DNA of 64,000 nucleotides. Origin: Eledone cirrhosa (lineage: Eukaryota). Within the stretch, counting starts at the first letter, position 1. Every line of letters starts with the position of its first letter. Positions 53,101 to 64,000 of the stretch are shown here, in pieces. The translations under genes were made by a program, and so were the position numbers. Under the pieces are notes generated by a model, which worked only from the letters and a program-made list of their open reading frames with translations, did no database searches and was not told the DNA's origin. The stretch is from positions 271,498,001 through 271,562,000 of the forward strand of contig OZ024742.1 of assembly GCA_964016885.1 (NCBI GenBank). Direction: 5' to 3'.

Positions 53101-55116
53101 TGTCTGTCCGTAATGTGGAAACTGTTGACGAGCATTGTGTCTGAGGAAATCTACCATCACCTCCACACAAACAACTTGTTACCGGACGAACAGAAAGGAT
53201 GCCGAAAGAAGTCACGTGGTACAAAGGACCAGTTGCTTATTGATAAGATGGTAATGGGGAATTGCAGGAGGAGACACACTGATCTTGCCATGGGATGGAT
53301 AGACTACAGAAAGGCATTTGACATGGTGCCTCATTCCTGGATCACCAAGAGCCTGGAGATCTTCAGGGTGGCAGATAACATCAGACAGTTGCTAGGCAGG
53401 AGTATGGGGTCCTGGGAGACAGAGTTGACATCAACTGGAGTATCCTTGGGAAGCGTGAAGATCAAGAGAGGTATCTTCCAGGGAGATAGCCTGTCCCCTC
53501 TGTTGTTTGTCCTTGCCCTGATGCCCTTGACCATTATGCTGCGAAAAGTGAGAGCAGGATACAAGTTGGGAAGGGGAGAGCTTACCATCAATCACCTCCT
53601 CTTCATGGACGATCTTAAGCTCTTCGGGAAAAGTGAGAAGGAGTTGGATGTGCTTGTTGACACTGTCCGTATTTTCAGCAGTGATATATGTATGCAGTTT
53701 GGTATTGGTAAATGTGGAGTCATTGTGATGAAGAGGGGTAGGTTGAGCAGAAGTAACGGGATCCAGATACCAACAGGTGAGATGATAAAGGAAATTGACT
53801 CTGAGGAAGGATACAAGTATTTGGGCGTTCTGGAGGCTGATGGCATAAAGAACAAACAAATGAAGGAATTGTTAAGAACTGAATACATTCGCAGAGTAAG
53901 GAGCGTATTGAAGTCACATCTGAACAGCAGAAATGCCATAAGCGCAGTAAATTCCCGAGCTGTGTCTATTATCAGGTACAGTGCGGGAATTCTGAGATGG
54001 AATGTTGCTGAACAAAAAGAAATGGATAGGAAGACTAGGAAGCTATTGACTATCTACAACATGTTCCACAAGAGGAGTGATGTCGATAGACTCTACCTAA
54101 GGAGATCTGAGGGTGGAAGAGGTCTTATCAGCATAGAGGACTGTGTTCAGATGGAGAAAAACAACCTATACAAATACGTGACCTATAGTAAGGAGCCAAT
54201 GCTCAGAACTGTACTGAAGGAGGGGACAGTAGGCCAGGGGATGTCCAAGGAGGAAATAACATCAAGGAGGAAGAGCAGCCTTAAGGGAAAATCCCTTCAT
54301 AGTACCTTCTTTGAGAAAACTGAATTTAGAGATCCACAGACATGGAACTGGTTGATAAGAGGAGACCTTAAAAAGGCTACAGAAGGAATGCTAATGGCTG
54401 CGTAGGAGCAGGCCCTCAAATCGAAGTGGTTGAAGCACCATATCTACAAGGAGGAGGCTAGCCCACTGTGCAGGATCTGTGGAGAGAGAGAGGAGACTGT
54501 GGCTCACATTGTGTCCGAGTGTAAACACCTAGCCCAGACCCACTATAAGGGCTGGAGACACGATGTGATGGGCAGGGTGATCCACTGGCACCTGTGCAAA
54601 GTAAACAATTTACCACATTCTGAGAAATGGTATGAGCATAGGCCAGAGGCGGTGATGGAGAACAATCAGGTGAAGGTGCTGTGGGATTTTAGGATACAGA
54701 CGGACAAAAAACTGGAACACAATAGACCTGACCTGGTGGTTGTGGACAAAGAAAAAAGATCGTGCCTGATTGTGGATGTGGCCTGCCCGTTCGACACGAG
54801 AGTGCAAGAGAAGGAGAGGGAGAAAATTAACCGATACCAGGACCTAAAGTGGGAGGTGAAAAGTATTTGGAACTGCCATGAAGTCAAAGTGATCCCGATT
54901 GTCATAGGCGCACTGGGGACTATCTCCAAAAGTTTCCAGGGATGGTTAAAGAAAATCGGCCCCTTCACGCTTTTTGGAACGCTTCAAAAGGCATGCTTGC
55001 TTGGAACAGCAAGAACCCTCCGATACGTCCTGAATATCTGAGGCTGCAGGTAGTGGCTTGATATTCAATCTAACGGACTTTCCAGTTAACCAACATCAAT
55101 GACTGAGATTCAAGGA
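53101..55116 (+). mobile_element. 5'-truncated, nearly intact R4/Dong-clade element (RT-CCHC-RLE) inserted in (TAA)n
   Basis: Continuous frame 53101-55041 with one in-frame TAG at 54403. Motifs [45 protein letters not shown]; same family as 15046-18396. Confidence 0.93.
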
Positions 55117-55153
55117 ATAACAACAACAATAATAATAATAATAATAATAATAA

Positions 55154-56412
55154 GAGATTTTCAAAATATCCCCCGTTGTCTGGAGGTTTTTGTCATTCAG
55201 TATGAATACATGGAAAACGACACTCCTTTTGAATAGTGAAACAAAATCACTGGAAGCTGGAGAAGTTAATATTAATTGTGGAATTTTTCAGGGTGACTCT
55301 TTATCACCACTTTTATTCTGCATCGCACTTATACCATTAAGTAAAATTCTCAATGAAACAAAACATGGATATAAAGTCTATGACAAAACCATTAATCACT
55401 TGTTCTACAAGGATAAACTGAAACCATTTGCAAAAAATGTTGAACAATTGCAAGGGCTATTATCCACTGTGGAGCAGTTCAGTGATGACATTAAAATGGA
55501 GTTTGGACTAGACAAATGCGCCAAAGCAACGTTCACCAGAGGAAAGCTGCTGAAGAGTTCAGACATTAATCTTGATCGGGGGAACGTGATAAGAGAACTT
55601 GATCAAGAAAAAACTTACAAATATCTAGGTGTTTGTGAAGGAGACGGAATCAAGCACTCGACAATGAGGGAAAGGGTAAGGAAGGAATGTTACCGCAGAG
55701 TAAGAGCAATCTTAAGAACGGAATTGAATGCAAGGAATAGGATCGATGCCATAAACACGCATGCCATACCAGTAGTAACCTACAGTTACAATGTCATCAA
55801 CTGGTCAAGCACAGAGATCCGTAGGCTCGATACAAAAATTCGAAAATTCTTAACCATGCACAGAATGCATCACCCTAAGGCAGATATAGATAGAATATAT
55901 CTCCCTAGGCAAGAAGAAGGACGTGGGTTAATCCAGTTAGACATTGCGTTGAAAACTGCAACAATTGGATTATCTACATATCTAAGGGAATCACATGATT
56001 GGATGATCAAACTCGTTTTGAAACACGAAAGCATCAAAAGATCATATTCCATTACAAAAGATGCACAAAGATACAGTAATGGACTACACATTTCAGAAGT
56101 CCCATTTACTGCTGAAATGGAAAGCACAGAAATAGCAAAGCAGGTAAAAGTAACTGCAAAGAAAGAACTGCTACAGAAACTGGCTAAGAAATGGCAAGAA
56201 AAGCCTTTGTATGGAAAACACCCAGAGCGAGCTAACAATCCTGATGTTGACAAAACTTTAACCCATCAGTGGTTGGCATCCTCTGGACTGAAATCGGAGA
56301 CTGAAGGACTGATTATATCAGCACAAGATCAGTGTCTGCCAACAAAAAATTTCCAAGCCAACAAAATAAAAAATGGATGCAGCCCATTATGCCGTGTATG
56401 CAAAAAACAACC
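55154..56412 (+). mobile_element. Second R4/Dong-type family fragment (RT C-terminal half)
   Basis: [35 protein letters not shown]; starts right after (TAA)n. Confidence 0.88.
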
Positions 56413-56542
56413 TACTTAGGAGTCGACATGTACCAAAGGAATCTGCCCTGCGATTGATTATATTTATCGCACCCTTGGGTATCTCGAGTGTCTCACTCAG
56501 AAGAGAGGGGCTGCAAATGCCAGACCATATGGAAGTACCTCC
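56411..56542 (-). repeat. 132-bp inverted-repeat arm (partner at 48561-48692)
   Basis: Followed by TTAA at 56543-56546. Confidence 0.85.
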
Positions 56543-57190
56543 TTAAACTTTTCGTTTCTGTTGTTGTCGTTTCTGTTGTTGTCGTTTCTGTTGTTGTTGT
56601 TGTTGGTGGTGGTGGTATTGCCTTTGTTGTGGTGTTGTTGTCGTTCTTCTTGTTGTTGCGTTACTGCAGTTGGTGTTTTTCTTCATGTTAATTTATTTCC
56701 TTTTATCTTTGTTACTGTTAGTTCTGTCGCTGTTTATGTTCTTGTTGGTGGAGTTGTTAATTTTCTGGTTGTTCCTGTCGTCTGCGATTTGGTTGCCACT
56801 GTTACACTGTTAGTGTTCTCACTGTTGCTCTCATTATTTACGTTTTTGTGGTGGTGTTATTACATTTGTTGTTGCATGCTGTGTTTGTATTAAATATCTC
56901 ATTACTTGTGTTACTAATGGTGCAAGTTGTGTCTACCATATCCCTCCTCTCAACTTTTAAGTCACTTTTAAGTCACAGAAGACCTAAAACTGGGAAGCGT
57001 GACTCAGCCATGTTGTTTTTTTTTTATACGAAAATTAAAACAATAACAGAGTTCAAATAGTTGCGCCAAAAGGCCCAAATAATATGGGGTCGCCTTTACA
57101 ATGGGCAATGCATGGGACATTATATACAGTACGTGAAACAACTCAAACTAACTAAACTTCCAGAGGCAATGTGAACACGTTCGTAGCAAA
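56543..57190 (-). mobile_element. Probable 5' UTR and ORF1 start of a Tx1-like LINE
   Basis: Thr/Asn-rich low-complexity ORF1-like start; preceded on the minus strand by a short (ATT)n at 57192-57203. Confidence 0.5.
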
Positions 57191-57229
57191 AGATAATAAT
57201 AATAGCGAGGCTTAGTACAAGGCACGACA

Positions 57230-59132
57230 GTCATGCGGTAGTAGATAACGGACGCGATGTAAGCGTTCGCTACCTCCGCTCGATATTTCAGGGATAGCTT
57301 CCTCTCGGTCCATTTCTGGGTGAGAGGCCACTCTGCTCGTCACCTCGTCCCGGTTTTTTTTCGGACTGAACCAGACCCTAGCAATTGAACTGGCCCGTCC
57401 GTGCAGCGCCCGACGACGTTGTTTGACGGCATGGACCTGTCTCTCCAGGTGCCAAGATGCAGGCCCACCGACTTTTCCTGGTTGATCATTGCTCCTGTCA
57501 TCGCATCATATCATGTTTGTGGGGTGCCGATCGCCTCGATGTTTTTGGCATTCGACACAACTACGGTGACGTCGTTTGCATATGCTGACACGGTTCTTCC
57601 GCAACCAGTTCGCGGGTGTCAGCACTCAACGTCTCCAGCGAGTCAATACGTACATCCGGGATGAGAGGGGACATCCTTGGTGAACCGAGTGCATGATGTT
57701 GAACGGTTCTGAAAGGTGACCGTTAACTGTCACTACAGAGTAGATGTCGCTGTGAATGGCAGCGATCCAGTCTCTGAAGACGGGCCCAGAACCAGCCGCC
57801 TTCATGACTGCCGCCACATAACGATGGTCGACTCTATCGAAAGCTTTCGACTGATGTAAATTGATCAAGGACACCCCGTGCCATGTTCCCTAGCTACTAT
57901 CTTCCACGATGTATCGCATGAGGTGGATGTTATCGTGGATGCATCTGTCTGGAATGACGCATGTCTGCGCCTCACCCAGCAGACCACCGACGACAAGCGC
58001 CAACATTTTTGCTAGCAACTTGGCCAAAATCTTCAACTCTAAGTTTAGCAGAGTTATTGGCTTGACGTTATCTATGTTATTCCCCTTGTTTGGCTCATTT
58101 ATCAGCAACGTCGCCGATCCTCGGCTCACAGCGCTGGGTATTCTCACGTTTTGTTGCCTGTTGCATTAGACGTCCGCCAAGAGGTCGCCCAACAAGTCTG
58201 GCACAGTACGTAAAGTTCGTAGAGCAGACCATCTAAACCAGGTGATTTACCTATTGTGCAGCCAGTCATTGCCTCCCGTACTTCAGCGGCTGTAATTGGC
58301 TTTTGCCAGTAGCCGTATCCCTGTCTATGAAGCCTATCTAAATCAACCACACAAATCACGACTGTGTGGTCCGTGTAGACGACTATCTGGAATCGTGGAC
58401 AGCCTATGCTTGACCTATTTTTTGGGTTACACGAAACCTCACGACTCTCTGGTCGCAGTATGTGGGCATCATTATTATTTCGTCACTGCTGAGTGGTGCA
58501 ATGGAGTGTGCTCTGGCTTCTTCTGGTGTAGTTAAGAGCAAATCCATAGTGACATTCCACAACCCTCGGGCTATGTATGTTTTCTGTGCCCAGACGGCAC
58601 CCATAGACCTTTGGACCTGCAACTACGAAGCCCGTTCGACTCGGCGCGATTTTAATCCAATTGTGCGAAAACTGACCGAACACAAAAGCTTGTTCTTCAT
58701 TGTATTATCTGGGCCTGTGAGACGTACCCTTAGTCCGGTCTTTTTAACCAAGATCCTGGCTTGCTTTATCTCCGTGCTGTTGATGTGTACACGCTCGACA
58801 TTTTTTGCCGCTTTCGCCAACGATGTCGCTGCCGTCTGCTGTGCTGACTCGCCGCTAGTCTTGCCTTTGTTGCTGTGTTTGTTGTTGTTGTTGTTGGTGG
58901 TCGTCTTGTTAGTCTCTTTTTCCCCTGTGTTCCTGCTGTTACAATTGTTGCTTCCAAGATTATCTATGGCTGTTGCTGCTGTTGTTGTTGTTATTAAGAT
59001 GGAGGTGGCGGCGGTGCCTATCTATTCTTCTAATGACGGAAAATGTTCATAGTAGATTGACACGGCACTCTGTTCAAGTGCCTGCTGCTACTGATCAAGT
59101 GGCTGCTGTAGCTGTTGTCACCACCACTGCCA

Positions 59133-59171
<39 letters not shown>

Positions 59172-59430
59172 TTTCTGTTGTTCTTGTCCCTGTCTTGTGA
59201 TTGGACGGAATCGGCTGTTCTGCTCTCTGAACCACCCGGTCGTCCTCCCACTGGAGAGTTTACTTTTGTTCGCCATGTTTTTTTAAAGAATAAAATTAGG
59301 GGCCATGATTGTAAAAAAATACAAATTCAGCCCCTAATTGCGCGAGATAGTTAAAAATCCACCTCCTTTTAAAGAGGGGTTCTTTAGCTAGGGAACAATG
59401 TAAAAATTACTATATAACAGTTTCAATAAA
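57230..59430 (-). mobile_element. Internally deleted Tx1-like LINE fragment
   Basis: QSKAFDRVDHRY, HQGCPLS, KSPGLDGL; ORF1 N-terminal remnant at 58400-59276. Confidence 0.83.
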
Positions 59431-59439
59431 ATTCAACTG

Positions 59440-61794
59440 ACCCCGTCAATACCACCCAGGGAGGAAGTGCAAGAATTCTGGGAAAAGATCTTGGCCGAAG
59501 AAAAAGTTCATAATATATATGCCCCATAGATAGACAGACAATTGGATGAAACACTTCACCTTGAGGAACAAACATGAGAAAATAAATCAGTTGAAAATCT
59601 GCGTTTAGCTCTTAGAAAATCCAGGAAATGGAAATTCCCAAGGAAAGACAAATACCAAATGTTTGGATAAATGCCTTCGCAGAGTCCCATGAGCTGTTAG
59701 CCCAACTTTACAATGAAATGGTTAAGGAGCCAGAAAAGATACCATCATGGCTAGTTAACGGCATTACATTCCTACTTCCGAAGAATGATGAGACAAACAA
59801 TCACAAAAATTACAGACCGATAATTTGCTTGACCACAATGTATACAATTTTAACATCAGTCCTAACTGAATGTGCATAAGATCACCTGATAACAATGATC
59901 TATTTCCTAATGAGCAGAAAGGATGTAAACGAGGTTCATATGGCTGTAAGGATCAGCTTTTGGTTAACAAAATGATACTGGCAGATTTATATAATAGAAA
60001 ATATATCTATCAATTGATTGGATAGATTGCAAAAAAGCATTCGATAGTTTGTCACACAGTTGGATTGAAAAGTGTTTAGATATTTTCAAAATATCTCCTG
60101 CTGACAGGAGGTTCCTGACATTCAGTATGAAGACATGGAAAACGGAGAAGTTAATATTAATTGTGGAATGTTTCAGGGTGACTCTTTATCACCGCTTTTA
60201 TTCTGTTTAGCATTTATACCATTAAGTAAAATGCGCAATGAAACAAATCATGGATATAAAGTCTATGACAAAACTATTATTCACTTGTTCTAGATGGATG
60301 ACCTGAAACTATTTGACAAAAATAACGAGCAATTGCAAGGGTGATAATCCACTGCCAAGCAGTTCAGTGATGATAATAAAATGCCGTTTGGTCTAGACGA
60401 ATGCGCCCATGCCACGTTCACCAGAGGTAAGCTCCTGAAAAGTTCAGACATTAATTTTTATCGGGGGAGTGTGATAAGAGAACTTGATCCAGATGAAACG
60501 AAAGGATAAGGAAGAAATGTTATGCAGAGTAAGAGCAGTCTTATGAACGGAATTGAATGCACAGAAAATGCTCGATACCATAAACACGCTTGCCATACCA
60601 GTAGTAACCTACACGTTCAATGTCATCAACTGGTCAAGCACAGAGAAACGTAGGCTCGATAACAAATTTAGAAAATTCTTAACCATGCATGGAATGCATA
60701 ACCTTAACTTAGAGATGGATTGAATATATCTCCCGAGGAAAGAAGGAGGGCGTGGATTAATCCGGTTAGATATTGCTTTGAAAACTGCAACAATTTGATT
60801 ATCTACATATCTAAGGGAATCACATAATTGGATGATCAAACATGAAGCATGAAAAGATCATACCCCATTACAAAAGATCACAAAGATACAGTAATGAACT
60901 ACACATTTCAGAAGTTTCATTTAATGCTGAAATGAAAACACTGAAAAAGCAAAGCAGATAAAAGTAACTGCAAAGAAAGAACTGACTACAGAAACTGGCT
61001 AAGAAATGGCAAGAAAAGCCGCTGTATGGAAAATACCCAGAAAGAGCTAACAATCCTGATGTTGACAAAACTTTAACCCATCAGTGGTTGGCATCCGCTG
61101 AACTGAAATCGGAGACTGAAGGACTGATTATTTCAGCACAAGATCAGTGTCTGCCAACAAATAATTACGAAGCCAACATAATAAAAAATGGATTCAACCC
61201 ATTATGCCGTGTATGTAAAAAAACAACCATTGATCATATAGTTTCAATGTGCCGTCCTATAGCTCCAACCGAATACCTAAACAGGCATGACAGAGCTGCA
61301 CAATACATACATTGGATAATGTGTAAGCATTTTGACCTGCCCCATCAAAATAATTGAAAAAGATGACATCTCAATCTTGTGGAACTTTAGCATCCAAACA
61401 GACCGAAACATAGATACAAATAGAGCTGATATAATACTGAAGGACTTTTAAAAGAGGGTATGCCTGCTAATTGATATTCCGTTCCAATAGACAAGAATGT
61501 ATCTATAAAAACATTTGAAAAATTGAGCAAGTATAAGGATCTGGAGATAGAAATTGGAAAAATGTGGAAATTGAGAACTAAAACAATACCAGTGGTCTAG
61601 GAATGATACCTAACGGCTCTAATGATTACTTATTGCAAATCCCAGGAAACCCGCGTATAGGAGAACATACAAAAGATAGTACTAACGGGAACTGCCCATA
61701 TACTAAGGAAGATTCTGTCAATATAATTACATCACAAGTCACTCGTTGTGACTTGGTGATAACTCGTATGAACATAAAGCAAGATAAATGCAAC

Positions 61795-61796
<2 letters not shown>
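59440..61796 (+). mobile_element. Decayed R4/Dong-type element (family of 55154-56412) ending at (TAA)n
   Basis: [31 protein letters not shown]; many stops. Confidence 0.88.
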
Positions 61797-61850
<54 letters not shown>

Positions 61851-61852
<2 letters not shown>

Positions 61853-64000
61853 TTTTCTTTATTAACCACAAGGGTTTACATAAAGTAGACATTAAGGACA
61901 GTACATGACAATACAGGACGGTACAAATGGGCATTTCTGCGTGTAAAAAAAACAGAGGATGAAATAAAATAAAAAAGAAAAATTCCCCAATAGGGGGGAG
62001 ACTTCCGAGGGACATTTGTGGAGAAATCCCATTAAAAGACCACAGTGCCCCTGACCACCAGGGCAAGTGCCCTCTCCCAGTTTTCCACCTTTAATTTACA
62101 GACACATACTCAGAGAAGGCCCATTCATTCGGGCCATACTTGCTTCTCTCACCCATCTTTCAACAAAATGCTGGGAAGAGAGCACTTCCCTCTCTACCCT
62201 GATTTTCCTTTTCAGATGAAATTTGAAAAAGTTAATCAGGGCATCACCGAAGAGGTAAGTGCTCGTCTTCAGCCCTTTCAAACGTGTCCACCATACTATC
62301 TCTTTCGCCATGGCCTCCAGACAGATAAAAACTGCCTGCCCTTCCCGGCTAAAGGAAGAGGGCGGGGCAATCCTCACGATGGACTCAGCTGATAGCTGGA
62401 TCCGTCCTACACGTGACAGCAGGTGTTCGACATAAACCCACAAGTCAGCAATGCTCGGACACTGGACCAGTGCGTGCAGGACGGTTTCGTCGCCCTGTGC
62501 GCATCTCGGACATGCCCGGCTGACGGCACCTCCATGCCTGTAAAGTTTATCCCGAACTGGCAATGCACCCCGGCAGCACTGCCAGGCCAGGGATTTCTGG
62601 AAGTTGTCCATAGGCACCGGCCCGAAAGTCCTTCCGAAGAGATTGGCTAGTTGATTTTCGTCGACGCCTAGATTTTCTCCAAGTACGTCGTCGCTCTTCC
62701 CCTCCACTAATCCCCTATAGAACGCCAAGGTGGAGTTTCCACCGATCACATTGCCCGATTGGTCGAGAGCTGTGAGCGCCTGAAGACATTCCAGTCTCCA
62801 AGCGCTCCCTCTCGGTCTTCGCTTGACCCAGGACTGCAGCTCCGTCAAGGAGACGAGCTGGGGAAAAACGTGTCTAGCAAACGGCGACCACACCTGATCA
62901 CCGTCGAGGAAGAGGTGGAGATGTCGTAGCCTGAGCGCGTGTCTGCGCATCATCAGCCACGGCATTCCCAGCCCTCCACGTAGCGGGTGTTGACAGCAGA
63001 TGGACCGCCTGACCATCGGAGCGCGTCCCTTCCACAAGAAGCGAAAGAGCAAACGCTCCAGCGCAGTCAGGCGGGGCTTAGGACAAGGTACGACGGTCAG
63101 GCGGTAGTAGATGACGGATGCGATGTACGCATTCGCCACCTCCGCTCGACCTTTCAGGGATAGCTTCCTCTCGGCCCATTTCTGGGTGAGAGAAGCCACC
63201 CTGCTCGTCACTTCGTCCCAGTTTTTGTCCGTCTAGAGGTCTGGACCGAACCAGACCCCTAGCAATTTAACCGGTCCGTCCGTCCAGCGCCCGACAACGC
63301 TGTTGGACGGCATGGACCTGCCTCTCCAGGGGCCGAGCTGCAGGCCCACTGACTTTTCCTGGTTGATCATTGCTCCTGTCACCGCTTCGTATTCTCTTAG
63401 TGTAGTGCCGATCGCCTCGATGTGTTTGGCGTTCGACACCACTACGGTGACATCGTCGGCATATGCTGACACGGATCTTCCGCATCCTAGTTCGCGCGGG
63501 ACCCCCCTCAACGTCTCCAGTTTGTGCAGTAATGGCTCGAGAGTCAATACGTACAATAGGGACGAGAGGAGACATCCTTGGCGGACCGAGCGCATGATGT
63601 TGAACGGTTCCGCAAGGTGACCGTTCACTCTCACTACAGAGCAGATGTCGCTGTGCATGGCAGCGATCCAGCCTCTGAAGACGTGCCCAAAGCCAGCCGC
63701 CCTCAGGACTGCCGCTAGGTAACGATGGTCGACCCTATCGAAGGCTTTCGACTGATCTAAATTGATCAAAGACCAACCCGTGCCAGGTTCCCTAGCTACC
63801 CTCTCTACGATGTATCGCATGAGGTGGAGGTTGTCGTGAATGGATCTGTCGGGAATGGCGCATGTCTGTGCCTCTCCCACCAGACCACCAACGGCAAGCG
63901 CCAACCTCTTTGCTAGCACCTTAGCCAAAATCTTGAACTCTGTGTTTAGCAGAGTTATGGGCCTAAAATTATCTATGTTATCCCCCTTGTTCGGATCCTT
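61851..64000 (-). mobile_element. Best-preserved Tx1-like LINE, 3' part; continues beyond the window
   Basis: ORFs 63233-63928 and 62096-63211 share a frame, split by one TAG. LDQSKAFDRVDH, SVRQGC, AYADDVT, CPRCAQGDETVLHALVQC; (TTA)n tail 61797-61850. Confidence 0.92.

Noticed and set aside
58462-59052. Long antisense ORFs over LINE sequences as host genes
   Set aside because: They are shadow frames of LINE ORF1/ORF2 with no independent motifs or exon structure.

Overview
Gene-free, repeat-dense, AT-rich eukaryotic DNA with many (TA)n/(TAA)n microsatellites. The SINE type and retroelement mix suggest a mollusc, probably an octopod cephalopod; this is an inference. No host protein-coding gene is supported. 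Contents: (1) a 7.2-kb tandem array (905-8090) of 28 units of about 257 bp, each carrying a 71-nt tRNA-like cloverleaf on the minus strand; the consensus has an A box, a B box and a downstream oligo-T terminator, a tRNA-Gln-like body and a Ser-box (NGA) anticodon. (2) About 15 type-I hammerhead ribozyme motifs (intact or degenerate) from about 8 unrelated short repeat families, anchored in (TA)n and arranged as tandem, circularly permuted or inverted copies (Penelope pLTR/retrozyme-like), plus Penelope RT and GIY-YIG remnants. (3) About eight decayed Tx1/L1-group LINE segments and four R4/Dong-type RLE retrotransposon segments clustered on (TAA/TTA)n tracts. (4) Two tRNA-derived SINE copies, a non-autonomous Helitron and a pair of nearly identical 132-bp inverted repeats. 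All calls come from reading the sequence by eye; no searches were run.
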